A stretch of 64,000 nt of DNA from the human T2T-CHM13v2.0 reference genome, Homo sapiens. The notes below the pieces were generated by a model. It was not told where the DNA came from and did not search any database. It saw nothing but the letters and a program-made list of their open reading frames with translations. The position numbers and the translations under genes are program-made. Positions 23,560 to 37,626 of this stretch are shown here, in pieces. The first letter of the stretch is position 1. The number at the start of each line of letters is the position of its first letter. The stretch lies in the NCBI RefSeq assembly GCF_009914755.1, contig NC_060944.1. One strand, given 5' to 3'.

Positions 23560-24160
23560 GTATGGTTTAATGCTTTCGTACTTATATTTGCAACCATGTA
23601 AACATCTCCTAGATCAAGATCTACAATATTTCCAACACAGGTGAAAGTTCCCTTGTTTTCCTTTCCCCAGATATAAGCACATTCTGACTTCTATCACCAC
23701 AGAGTTAGTTTTACCTGCTCTTGAACTTCATATAAATGGAATCATACAGTATGTATACACTCCTTGTGTCTGGCAATTTTCTGTCAGCATAATATTTCTG
23801 AGATGCACCCATTTTGTTATGTGTAGCCATAGTACATTCCTTTTTATTACTGACTACTGTTCCATTATATGAACATATGCCACAATTTATCCATTCTATT
23901 TTGATGGACATTTTGGTTGTTTCCAGTTTTAGGCTATTATGAATAAAGCTGCTATGAACATTTATGTTCAAGTCTTTTCCTGTTGACTATGTTTTCATTT
24001 TCCTGGGGTAAATGCCTAAGAATGGGATGCTGGGTATGTTTGTCTTTATTAGAAATTATCGAACAGTTTTGCAGAGTGGTCATAACATTTTTCAACAAGG
24101 GTGTTACAAGTTCCTGTCATTCCACATCATCACCAACACTTGGTATTTTCAGTCTTTTTG
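23560..24160 (-). mobile_element. Old L1 (L1M) fragment
   Basis: ataaatggaatcatacagtatgta...gaataaagctgctatgaacatt. Confidence 0.8.
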
Positions 24161-24544
24161 AAACTTACATATTTTTATATAATGCGTTATGTGTACATAT
24201 TACTTTAATAAAAAGTTAAAAATGAATCAACAATAAAAACAATGATGATTGTGTCTAATGGTGAAACTCTGAACATTTAAATAAGTTATCTGGATGTTTT
24301 GTTGACATCTGCCAGGAATCCAATAATTACATGTTGTCCTAGTTAATTGATGTATTTTTATTACGCATTATGTAGAACGATTAAGTGTTAACCTAGGGGT
24401 TGGTTAGGGAAAACTATTTCTGAAAAATAGTCCCAAAGCTTCCTTGAGAAATCTTTTTACCTCCATTTCCCTTTTTGTTTTGTAGAACTTATGATTCAGG
24501 ATGTTTTGACCAGAGCTCACTGCTTTTCTTCTTTCCCATTGCAG

Positions 24545-24723
24545 AGCATAAATGCCCAGTGGATGAGCGGGAGCAACTGGAAGAAACCTTGCCCCTGATT
24601 TTGGGGCTCATCTTGGGCCTCGTCATCATGGTAACACTCGCGATTTACCACGTCCACCACAAAATGACTGCCAACCAGGTGCAGATCCCTCGGGACAGAT
24701 CCCAGTATAAGCACATGGGCTAG
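24545..24723 (+). CDS. LAMP5: LAMP5 coding exon 6 (EHKCPVD, TM helix, cytoplasmic tail ending QYKHMG*)
   Basis: Long polypyrimidine acceptor ending ttgcag; [22 protein letters not shown]; YxxPhi motif YKHM; six exons sum to 843 nt = 280 aa + stop. Confidence 0.97.
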
Positions 24724-25430
24724 AGGCCGTTAGGCAGGCACCCCCTATTCCTGCTCCCCCAACTGGATCAGGTAGAACAACAAAAGCACTTTTCCATCTT
24801 GTACACGAGATACACCAACATAGCTACAATCAAACAGGCCTGGGTATCTGAGGCTTGCTTGGCTTGTGTCCATGCTTAAACCCACGGAAGGGGGAGACTC
24901 TTTCGGATTTGTAGGGTGAAATGGCAATTATTCTCTCCATGCTGGGGAGGAGGGGAGGAGGGTCTCAGACAGCTTTCGTGCTCATGGTGGCTTGGCTTTG
25001 ACTCTCCAAAGAGCAATAAATGCCACTTGGAGCTGTATCTGGCCCCAAAGTTTAGGGATTGAAAACATGCTTCTTTGAGGAGGAAACCCCTTTAGGTTCA
25101 GAAGAATATGGGGTGCTTTGCTCCCTTGGACACAGCTGGCTTATCCTATACAGTTGTCAATGCACACAGAATACAACCTCATGCTCCCTGCAGCAAGACC
25201 CCTGAAAGTGATTCATGCTTCTGGCTGGCATTCTGCATGTTTAGTGATTGTCTTGGGAATGTTTCACTGCTACCCGCATCCAGCGACTGCAGCACCAGAA
25301 AACGACTAATGTAACTATGCAGAGTTGTTTGGACTTCTTCCTGTGCCAGGTCCAAGTCGGGGGACCTGAAGAATCAATCTGTGTGAGTCTGTTTTTCAAA
25401 ATGAAATAAAACACACTATTCTCTGGCCTT
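24724..25430 (+). other. LAMP5: LAMP5 3'UTR with AATAAA at 25015-25020 (proximal) and 25405-25410 (distal, likely main)
   Basis: Two AATAAA hexamers after the stop; the distal one is followed by T/GT-rich sequence; end coordinate approximate. Confidence 0.8.
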
Positions 25431-28247
25431 TGGCTGCTTTCTTGAAACAAGAAAACAAAGCTAAAATGGTGTCTTTGGCGTCCAGAAGAGAAAGAGGAAA
25501 AGATGAAGACGGATTTTGCATGTTTGCAAGAGGAAAAGTAAAGACAGGGCAGGAAACCAATGAGGGGGAAGTTGGCTTTTCTAGGTGAAAAAAACATGGA
25601 TTTTTTTGGCAAATATAAATAGTTTTAATAATGGCACCTCTTGACCAGTTGGCCTAATATTGCTTCTGATGCTTCTTGGTCTTGAGTTTGGCATTTCACT
25701 TTGGATTAAAAAGGTGGGCTGGACGTAGTAGCCTAAGTTGACTTCTATTTGAAGGAAAATTCCTAGAGAAATGCACATAGTTTGAAATCATTCACTTTCT
25801 AAATAATCATTTTTTTCCCAGAATGTCCGAGTGGGAGTAGGGAAAAATCTTTTGTCTGGTTTTAGAGTGGAACTCTCTCCCTCCACATATACAGTCTCCA
25901 CCATATGAGAGGCAGCTCATGAACTCCTCTCCCTAAGTCTTCAAACTGCTCACAATAGGGTATCCTCAGAAGTTCATTATCCCAGCAATCTCACCAAGTA
26001 TCATCCAGTTTCTGTCCTATTTCCCATTTGTTTGCTCTTCTATTAACCACAATCTTCTTGTCTTCATGATCTCTCTTCAGTGTCTGCCTCTTACCAGTGA
26101 GGGAAAATCTTTAATTCCTCCTAAAATTTGCATGTTGCACAAGGAAAAAAATACCTTTGGTGAAAACTAAAAGATGGTTAACTCCATTCTTATACTCATC
26201 TGTGATCTGTGATCTTCTCACCCACATTCCCCAAACTTGACAAAACTTTTCCTTTTTAGCATCCCAGTATTTTCTTTAAACGTTGTATTCCTTATTTGGA
26301 CCCATCTGAATATCTAGGGGAGAAATGGACACTTAGATTTATCTGGGACTTCACAGTGAGTTACCATTCCCTTCTGCAACCGTTTTGAAAAAGAAATCTT
26401 AAACCTTTCTGAGTCATATGTCTGAAAATTCCCTTCTGTGTATGTTTTTCTTTAAACTTGCTTTCACAAAACATAAGGCTTATTATTAGTTTTGGAATTG
26501 TCATGTAATTACATCATTGTTATGTAAATGTACATAACACCTACTATTGTTTTGTGCACCTATTGAGTACAGGCTCCGTAGTGCCTATAAAGTAATAAAC
26601 TTGGCCTTAGTTTCTCTAGGGAAGGACTGACAAGAGAACAAACAACATACAACAAACATGTCATTCTCAAAATGTCAGAGTGCCCTGAATCTTTAGAAAG
26701 TGTTGACTCATGACCACATCTCTGTGTCTCAGCTACTTCAATCTTTCCAGAATCCAAATAACAGTGATTTTTCCACAAGTAATGTGCAGGATGTATAAAA
26801 AGCCATTATTACGATTACTGTTATGATTATCAATATTGTTTACCATGTAATTTTTACCTAGCTATTTAAAAATTATATGTCAAACTCAGTCTAGTTGCCT
26901 TTGAACTGCACCTTATTTCTCTCAGCCATGTCTTCATCTTTATCATCAATTAAACACGATAAAGGGGAGCCTCATGACATAGAGCAGGAAGTGGTCTCTG
27001 GACACGTCTGTGCCTGGCAGCCTGGCATTCTCCCAGCTCAGGGTGTCCAGGAAGACGGACTCCACCCCAGGCCTCAGCTCTGGGCCCTCTCCATACTCAT
27101 TGTCATTGCCATTGTCCTAACATTTTGCAGCTGCTCCTGGGCCAGGAATAGCCTGAGGCAATGGCCCATTTATCTGCATTGCTTCTCAAGCTTCAGAGAC
27201 AGGGAAGAAAACATATAAAACACAGATGCTCAATTACCCCTTGAACTGTCATTTTTCTTTTTTACTGGGATTTTAAACACAAATGCCTGTGGGCACAAGA
27301 GGATGTTGGGCCTGGTTGCTGGGTATGCCTGCCTGGAAAAGCCAGGCCAGATGGACCATATGTGGATTTCTCTTGAGGGAGGGTGACTTTGATTTAAATT
27401 CAGAGCATGGTTCTTTGCAGGATTCCCTCAGTCCCAGGAAACAGTTCCCAGTGAAACAGCCTCAGAGGGGCAGAAAGCACTCGCTTATCTGGAGCCTGAG
27501 AATGCCCTCCAAACCATCATCTCTCTCTTTTTGTCAATTGTCCAATCTTTCCATTAGCAAAGCCTTGGCAAACCACATGGGTATGGGAAGAAACATCTGA
27601 GAAATGTGAATGGAGAAAGGGGAGGAAAGATGGTAGGAGTGACCTGCAGCATCTGGGTGAAGCAGACTGCTGCATGTGTAGGGGTGGGTTTTACCAGGCA
27701 GGTGGTTCAAACTGGCATTGTGCTCAAACCCTTCCCCGGAACAAACACCAAGCAACCTGGGCCAGAGAAAGCTTTAAATCGTTGTGTCTCAAAGTGCATT
27801 CAAAGGCACGCTGTATTAGAATCATCCTAGGAGACCTTTGAAAGATGTTAGTTCTAGGGCATCATCCCAGACATTATTTTGAGAATCTCTGTGGTGAGGC
27901 CCTAGAATCTGTAGTTTTACTCTGCTCCCCAGATAATGTTGATGGAGAAATAAGAAGACTTCTGGTTAAAAAGCCTCTACTATCAATGTATGTGCAACAT
28001 TATCCAAATTATTAGGCTTCTCTGGGTTCATGTTTTTTCATCTGAAAATGAAGCTTACTTCATTTTTTTTTTGAGGACTCATGAAGCACCTGGAAGTCCC
28101 TAGCACAATGCCTGTCACATTGGAGAGACTCTCTAAAAATTATCATTAGTGGCATTTTGCTAGCACAATTCTTAACACGTACGTTCAAATTTTACCTGCC
28201 AAACAAGAGGTCACGAAAGATTCAAAGGGACTAATATAAGAGTTTTA

Positions 28248-28599
<352 letters not shown>

Positions 28600-28619
28600 T
28601 CAGAGAATTTTTATGCAGG

Positions 28620-29070
28620 GATTCCCCTCCACCCCAGTTCAGTAAATCACTCAGGGGTTATCAGTTTTGGGTTGAGGGGATCTGTCAGAATTTATGAACT
28701 TGGATGGGAAAAAATTATACCTCCAGTTTTTACTAACCTCAAATGAAAAGTAGAATTTCTTTCAGTGGTGAACATGGGCATTAAACCACTGCAGTATAAG
28801 AAGACCTGTGAATTTGTCATCAATAGAAATAGCCACATTACACTTGCCAGCTATATCTCAAAAGAATCATTTATACTCATTACTTTGAAATTATGGTAGT
28901 TATTTGACCCATCAAAAGATCTTGTTATTTAATGCATTATAGCCGCATTTTAAAATTGTGATAATGATACTTTAATCTTTTTTTTTTTTGTAAGCCTACA
29001 TATTTTACTTTATGCATTTTAAAAACTTTTCTGAGAAGGAGATTATAAGCTCAGACAGCCAAGAGGGTCC
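28620..29070. mobile_element. Ancient DNA transposon remnant, same family as 18790-19215
   Basis: Diverged similarity to 18790-19215. Confidence 0.5.
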
Positions 29071-29349
29071 AGGGTCAATGGTACTTCAGCTGTCATTTAA
29101 AGTGACAGAGCCTGTCAGGTTGTCTGCTGGGAAATGGTTTACAAAGGCACTCATGACAGATGAGATAATAAGTATTTCTTAGCACTGATCTTGTGCTTTC
29201 TAGACGCTGCTCTGGGTACTGGGACACAGCAGTGAAGAAAATACATAAGAACTCCTGCCCTCATGGAACTGAAATATGTGGGGCGTGTGTCTGTGTGTGT
29301 GTGTGAAAGTGCGTGCACGTGCATGTGTGTATACCTGTCTATTTAGGTA

Positions 29350-29589
29350 CAGTTTGAGGATCCTAAATCTGAAAATCTGAAATACAAAATGCTTCCAAAT
29401 TCAAAACTTTTTGAATGTTAACATGATGCTCAAAGAAAATGCTCGTTGGAGCATTTTGGATATCAGATTTTCAGATTTAGGATGCTCAATTGGTACGTAT
29501 AATGCAAATATTCCAAAAATCTGAAAAAATCCCAAATTCGAAACACTTCTTTTGGTTCCAAGTATTTCAGGTAAGGGATACTCAACCTG
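29350..29589. mobile_element. Tigger4a/MER46A MITE, complete with TIRs and TA TSD
   Basis: TA|cagtttgaggatcc ... gggatactcaacctg|TA. Confidence 0.85.
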
Positions 29590-31489
29590 TATTATGATTA
29601 ATGTGCTGTCATTACCTAACTCTTTGGGGCCTTGGTTAACTCAGCCTAAGTGAATCATAAGATCTTGTCTTTTCTAGCTTTAAGTTTTTAGAAATGCTGA
29701 CAATGATCAGGCTTAATGATCAAAACATTTGTCATGTGAGAAAATCAGGATAAGAAATTTCTTTGCTTTTAGAACAATATATTTTGATCCAGAAATCAGC
29801 AACCCATAGACTTTCTCATGTACTCTTTTTGTCTTTAGTTAGGTCTATTTATGTAGGAGATGCTCTCAGGGTCCCACTCGTGTTCCCTCATCCCTTCCTG
29901 GAGGTCATTTGCTGTGTCAATTTTAGCAAAGGGAACAAACTTTGCCCATGTGCAGGGCGAGGAGAGTTGATGCTGCAGGAACAATTCTCATCTAATGATG
30001 GATAGGAGATAATTAAATATACCAGTGCCCCCCTCAAGAAAGACAATTCTCAAGTGTCTCTCAGAAGGTCACCAATGGGATTGAGCCCCAGTTGCCTATT
30101 GTGGTATCCCATTCATTAAAACACAGTTTCTTGACTTTGTTCTCTTTGTCTTATTTCTTCACTCTGCCATGTTGACCTTCCTGGGATCATCTTCCAAATG
30201 AAGTATTTGTGTCTAAGTCTTTATTCAAGCTCTTCTTTTGGCAGGACCTACACCAAGATAATGTATTCATTTGACTTGAAACACAGCTCAATATGTACAC
30301 ATTTCAAGGATCAAATGGACTGATTTTCCTGCACAGTGTGGATTGGTACTGTGTCATGTCACTTTCACAAAATTTCTCCTGCTTGCACATTTTATATCTG
30401 CTTCAGATCAATTTGATCTTTTCTCTGCCTGGAATTTCATTACCATTTTTTTTGATGACAGTGTACTGTTCATTTGATCAGTTTGATCGAGCAGTCTGAA
30501 CTCATTGGGCTGTTAACTTCATGGTATGATTTACTTTTCCACTGATTGCTACTAAATGTGTTCTTCCCCAGGGATAAAGGGGACGTGACTGCCATTCAGT
30601 CTGATTCCATCTGTCTAGTCTAGTTTAAAAATCAATCTCATTCTAATTCAAAGATAATACATCTCTCCTTTGCTCAAGTGAAACTTCTACTAGAGGAAGA
30701 GGTAGCAACTGGGAGGCAGTGCAGGATACATGGTGTGCTCTTGTATTCCCCCTTTCTTTCTCTTAAATACCTTCTTCAAATCATGGGGTCTCACACTAAC
30801 ACATGGCCCTATTCTATGTGGACTAGTGGGGAGCGGAGGTTCCAGTAACCTAGCTGGCTGTAGTCAGCTGCCTTGGAGATGCTATTGGAGGAAAGGGAGA
30901 GGCCTGAGTCTCATTTTGGTTCCACTGAAAACTACAGCTTCTGCTGTTCGGAGTGGTCTTTGTGTAGATGACATATGTGGTTTTTAGAGTAAGGGTCAGC
31001 TCCACCTTGACCCTGTCTCCATGCAGAAAAGCAGCCATATTTCCCTTCAGTTGCCCCCATGGTGCACCCCTCCAAAGCACTCTGCAAGTTGGACATCCTG
31101 TTACTTAGTTAAGTGGTTTGACACATTCCCTGCTGTCCTCTCCATGTCCCATCAAACATACTCAAGGGAACTCCATGTCTTCTTCCATGCCCAGTAAAGG
31201 CAGAGGAGACCTGTCCAGGGGAGGTTGCCTCCACCTTTGTCTGCCCTGACATGTGATATACAATGCCTTTTTTTCATCCTGCTAGCTCAGGCTACTTCCT
31301 GAGGGTTTTTACCTTCCAACATTTCTGGATGGAAAATAGGCTGTGTATATAAAAGTTCCCCCATCCTCCAGCTTCACGAGATCAATGTTAATGTCCCCCT
31401 TGTCTCCCAAAGTGGAGGAGAGAGCCCAAATTATCTTCTAGGCTCCCAGAGAGCTCTCAACACGACCTCTTGAATCCAGGTTCTATTAT

Positions 31490-31980
31490 AAATACACATG
31501 CACACGTATGTTTATTGTGGCACTATTCACAATAGCAAAGACTTAGAACCAACCCAAATGTCCATCAATAATAGACTGGATAAAGAAAATGTGGCACATA
31601 TACACCATGGAATACTATGCAGCCATAAAAAAAGATGAGTTCATGTCTTTGCAGGGACACGGATGAAGCTGGAAACCATCATTCTCAGCAAACTATCATA
31701 AGAACAGAAAACCAAACACCGTATGTTTTCACTAATAAGTGGGAGTTGAACAATGAGAACACATGGACATAGGGAAGGGAACGTCACACACTGGGGCCTG
31801 TGAGGGTGTGGGTGGTTAGGGGAGAGATAACATTAGGAGAAATATCTAATGTAGGTGATGGGTTGATGGGTGCAGCAAACTACCACGAGAGGTGTACACC
31901 TATGTAACAAAACTGCATGTTCTGCACATGTAACCCAGAACTTAAGGTATAATAATTAATTAATTAATTAATTTTTAAAA
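31490..31980 (+). mobile_element. L1PA 3' fragment; tail converted to (TAAT)n
   Basis: cactattcacaatagcaaagac...aaactgcatgttctgcacatgtaacccagaactta. Confidence 0.92.
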
Positions 31981-32284
31981 AAGCCCTCAGATCAGTTTTG
32001 CATCTTTGGAACAGGGAAGTAGAATGAGAGTCTTCAGCCCTGAACCTGGCTTTCCTTGAACGTGGCCTTCCAGAATTTAGTAATTTTTTTTTCAGTAGTG
32101 GTATCGACATCACCATCTTACACTCTTTACAATCCCTAGGGATGGATATATTTGTCTTTACGTCATGTCATCACAATGTTACATACAACTTTGTACCAAC
32201 TCATTTGCACTCCCCAAGATCACAAAGAAATCATTCTTGGTTACTCAATAAAATAAATTTGAGAAATCACTGTTTCCAATAACA

Positions 32285-34364
32285 CAATGGGGAAAAGGCA
32301 AACATTTATTTTTATTTGCAAATGCAGTTTCTGCCAATAGTTAGTGCTCACAAAACCTTTTAAGCTACAGTAACTTTTGGTAAACTCAATGAATACTTTA
32401 AAAAATACCCGATGGTAAGAAAATTACAGAAAAATTTCCATTACACTGTCGAAAATGTTTGGAATCCAAAATCCACTATTTTCTGCAATAGTTTTTAATG
32501 TTTATTCTGGTTTAAAAAAGATTTTCTTTTTCTTTTCTTTCTACTTCTACATAGTCCTGGTTAAATTAATACAATCTGTCTCATGAACATTTAGGACTGC
32601 CATTTTCTGGATTTAGATTGTTTTTATTCTCACATATTTATATTAATGCTTTAATATTTTACATAAAACATTGATTTGCTGTTTTATGAAGCAAAATCAT
32701 AGATCATATTTATGGAGGCATTTCCAGTTTGAAAGAAAACTGAAAATCTAATCAGTAGAAGGTCATTTTATGCCTTTTTTCCTTTTTAGCAGTGATAAAT
32801 AATTAGCAACCTATTAATTACAAAAATTCTTAATTATGCTTAGAGCAACCAGAGCGCTATCACAAATTTAAATTCATATTTGTTACAGTATGTGAAATAG
32901 TTAAGAAAAGCCTCTGTTTTCCCAGTTTGGTAACAAATGGCTTTTGTCTGATGCATAATTAATAGAAACTAATGATGACTATGTAGCTCTTCCAGAGTTT
33001 TAAAGGCAAATCTATATTGGCCTACAGTTAACATGCAAATTCATCCAACAAGCAACACAAAATGTATTGTAGTAGTCATTCATTTTTATCAACATTCAAG
33101 AAGATCTAGACAGCAGCACGACTCTCCTATGTCGGAAACACATTATAACATGGGCACAACTGAAGTCAGATCATACCTGGTAAAATACCCTCTTGCTAAT
33201 TCATCCTCTAGAGTCAGTTCAGACTTCCAGCACGATACATGAACAATAGCGATTAATACTGTGGTACAAAGGTAAATATAGACAAGAGTTTGGTGTGCTA
33301 GCATACAGAGTTTTAAAAATGGTGACAAATGAAACCAAACGTCTTGCCCTGTTCTCTCCTCTCCCTTTGTGAGCCTGGAATTCTCATGGTCTCACTGAAA
33401 CATTCTATTTTGGGAACTGAATCCAATGATCCTAGCACTGAAATTGCTCCCTGGGAGGGAAATTTGGCCACAAGGGAACATTGTACCCATTTGAGAAAGG
33501 GCACTGAGGGAAACATTGTGGTGTGCAAAAGAATGGTTTGCTACTAGAGGCGTTCATGGAAAATGTGATCTTTAAAAATATTTAACTTTATCCCAAGGAG
33601 TGGTATACTGTGGCTCAAATTTTATTTCATTATTTTTGGTTGGATTAATGAAACGTGCACACCATCACCATCACTCTTAATTCTTCTTCCACCAAATAAG
33701 ACACTTGTTAGGATAAGAAAGAGATTTTACTAAAGCTGACGGTGATTGAGAGTCATTCAGTATTCAAAGTTCCTAAAGAATCATTGGTTCTCTTAAAGGG
33801 ATAAAAAAGTAGGAAAGGCTTTGTTCAAACTCCTCTAGTAAACAAGTATTACTTCAACTGATACAATGGCTACATGACATCAAAGTACTATAAATTATCA
33901 AAACTATCGTACAGAAAAATTACAAATTCGTTGCAAAATACATTATACTGCTACCATTAAGAAAAAAGTGCTTTTTGTTTTCCTTTCTTTCTTTTTTTTT
34001 TTTTTTTGCCAGAAAAGTATTCTTTCAATATAGAAAATCCTACATGTTACCCTGCATGTGGCTAGGATATATCATAACGGAGTTTGTACTGAGTCCTTCT
34101 GATTTGCTGGATGAAGGGCTGAAAAATATAATAATGACTTATTAAAGCCGTGCTCCAAGTGACCACACCGGCTGTCAGTGGAGAGATGCCTGTTTAAGAC
34201 ACAAGAAGATGCCCTGGTCTGTTGAACCCTGCCGGTCATCACGCTGTCCCACCAATTGGCTGGTCTAGAATGCACAGGCCTTTTGCATGTTCTGTGTTTC
34301 CTTTTGTTCTCCTGAATTATTCTCATGTCCTCATCTAGCTTTGCCACCTACACGAATCCTCTGC
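32285..34364 (-). other. PAK5: PAK5 3'UTR (~2.1 kb, AU-rich) ending after tandem AATAAA at 32305-32316
   Basis: Plus strand tttatttttatt = AATAAAAATAAA on the minus strand; no obvious interspersed repeat between stop and signal. Confidence 0.75.
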
Positions 34365-34631
<267 letters not shown>

Positions 34632-35029
34632 TTAAGGAGAAAGATGTTGTGAAAGCAAAAGCATGTCTTGTCTTTGTTAACATTTCGTGTTTTCCTTACC
34701 TTTTTCAAGTGTGAAATAATAGGTGTAAATGACAGCTCAACTAAGAATGAAAACTTATTTACTACATAAAATAACAGTGGCAATCACAGTGATAAGAGCA
34801 GCTATTACAAAATATTTAGTATGTGCAGGTGCTGGTCACACGTGCTTGATGAAGCATAGTATAAACAGGGAGCCGTTTTATTTTTCTAACAACTGCAACC
34901 ACACAGGCTCTGTGGAACCCCTTTCTTTAAGAGAAACAAGCTTCTGTAAGGATATCGAACACATCTCATTTTTTTCTTTGAAGGTCTTGTAATTTTCCTT
35001 TTAAAGGTATATCTTACTTTATGTATATA

Positions 35030-35145
35030 TTTAGAGATGAGGTCTCACTATGTTGCCCAGGCTCAAACTCCTGTGCTCAAATGATCCTCCCACCTCAGCC
35101 TCCTGAGTAGCTGGGAGTACAAGCATGTGCCAGCATGCCCAGGTT
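35030..35145 (-). mobile_element. FLAM/Alu monomer
   Basis: tagagatgaggtctcactatgttgcccagg...cctcagcctcctgagtagctggg. Confidence 0.75.
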
Positions 35146-35640
35146 CCGCTGCACAAATACTAAGAGTGTGGCTCAATGGATTTTTACATACATTTACCCC
35201 TATTTACTTTCCACTCCTATCAAGATATAGAACTTTTCTACCACTCTAGGAAGCTACTTTTAGGTTTCCTTCCTGCCAACCCCTATCTCCCTGCAAAAGG
35301 TCACCACTATTTTAATTTATAGCATAACTTAGTTTTGCTTACTTTTGTACTTTACCAAAATGGAGTCATATATTTGATTTCTTCTCTATCTGGCTTCTTT
35401 CACTCAGTGTTGTATCTGTGAGATTCATCTCCGACGTGTGGCAAAAGTTATATCTTTTAAATTACTGTGTAGTATTCACTGTCCAATTATACCACACATT
35501 ATCCATTTGGGAAACAACCTCGGACTGGTTTCCAGTTTTTTTGAAACCATTAGGATTAAAGTTGTTCTTGTACATGGTTTTGAAGAACATTGGCACTCAC
35601 TGGGTGTGAGACTACTTTCATATGATACATTTTTAGTCAC

Positions 35641-35937
35641 TTTTTTTTTTTTTTTTGGAGACGTAGTCTCGCTGTGTCACCTAGGCTGGAGTGCAGTGGT
35701 GCGATCTGGGCTCACTGCAAGCTCTGCCTCCCAGGTTCACGCCATTCTCCTGCCTCAGCCTCCTGAGTAGCTGGGACTACAGGCACCCGCCACCATGCTT
35801 GGCTAATTTTTTGTATTTTTAGTGGAGATGGGGTTTCACCGTGTTAGCCAGGATGGTCTCCATCTCCTGACCTCGTGATCCGCCCACCTCGGCCTTCCAG
35901 AGTGCTGGGATTACAGGCGTGAGCCACCACACCCAGC
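35641..35937 (-). mobile_element. AluY, full length
   Basis: caccgtgttagccaggatggtctc.atctcctgacctcgtgatccgccc pattern. Confidence 0.95.
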
Positions 35938-36602
35938 CACTTTTCATTATTTAGACTTAGTCCAATCCAGTAAAAATTTCAATCTCTCTTTTTTTGTTTA
36001 TGTTTTTGTAGGTCCACACAACCTATATGAGTGATGCTACTGGGGCTGTTCCCTAAGATTTAGGGGTGAGGAAGGAGGAGATATTACCATTACAAATAAT
36101 TCTCCTCCAAAAGGCAGCCACACACTCTCTTTTATTGTCATAAGATAGGAAGAGAGGTGTGTATGGGGCCAGTGTTTATAGTAGTAGTCCTGCAGAAATG
36201 ATCCTCTGAGCAAGTCCTTTGGAAATCTGGCAGCTCCTACAGTGGTGATTCTTGGATGAAGCATCATTATTTTCTGAGCTCGTCCTAATTGGCAATCCTT
36301 GGAAAACAGAAAAGACCCCACTCGGTCTCTTACATGCATTATATTAACCATGACCTTCATTGCCCTGTACAATCTAGCTCCTGCCCATCTCTCTGACAAG
36401 ACCTACCTTTTTCCCCTTTCTGACTTTACTCCAGCAATGTAAGCCTTCTTTCTTGGCTTAAGGCCTTTCCACTTGATGCTCCCCGTGCCTGGGACCTTTT
36501 TCTCCAAGATCTTTGCATGGCTGGTACCTTCTTCCTATTCAGGTCCCAGCTCGTTTGATCCCTCCCTAGAAAGGGCTTCCTTCACTCTTCAGCTTAAATC
36601 AG

Positions 36603-36970
36603 TGATAGGGTTTGGCTCTCTGTGCCCACTCAAATCTCACCTCATATTGTAATCCTCACATGTCAAGGGAGGGACTTGGTGGAAGGTAATTGGGTCATGG
36701 GGGCAGTTTACCCCATGTTATTCTCAAGATAGTGAGGGAATTATCATGAGAGCTGATAGTTTTATAAGTGTCTGGCATTTCCCCTGTGCGCTCTCTCTCT
36801 CCTGCCACCATGTAAGACATGCCTTGCTTCCCCTTCGCCTTCTGCCATGATTGTAAGTATCCTGAGGCCTCTCCAGGCATGTGGAACTGTGAGTTAATTA
36901 AACCTTCTTTATTTGTAAATTACTCAGTCTTGGGTATTTCTTTATAGTAGTGTAAAAACAGACTCATACA
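36603..36970 (+). mobile_element. MaLR solo LTR (MST/THE1 family), TSD atcag/accag
   Basis: TG...CA termini; tgat.gggtttggct...aatctcac; cttctgccatgattgtaag; acagactcataca. Confidence 0.88.
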
Positions 36971-37467
36971 ACCAGCTTTCAATCCCTTCTCCTGCACACT
37001 CTGTCACATCACAGTATGTTTTTCTTTCATAGTATGTACCACACTCTGAAATTATTTTATTTATTTGTTTGTTTATGGTTTACTATCTGTTTCCCCAACT
37101 AGAATGCAGAGTCTAGACCCCAGAGTCAGAAAAGCTGGGGTCATGCACGGTGACATCCCAAGCTATTAGATGTCCCCAGCATGTAATAGATGCTGAATGA
37201 ATGAGTATGGCATAGAGCACCTGATTTACTCTTCTAACCAACCCTTTGGGATACAGGCCAATCATAACCCATTTTACAGATGAAGAACTTTGGCATAGGA
37301 AAGGCTGAGTCACTTGCCCAGTAAACGAATAGAAGAACAGAGATTCAAACCTAAGTGACTATTTCCAAAGTCCATGCTCATAAACCAGGATCTTCCTGCT
37401 GGATGTGGTAAGCCAGTCTTAAAAACCAGAGAGATACAGGAAAATCCAAAAACTATTCTGAACTTTA

Positions 37468-37626
<159 letters not shown>

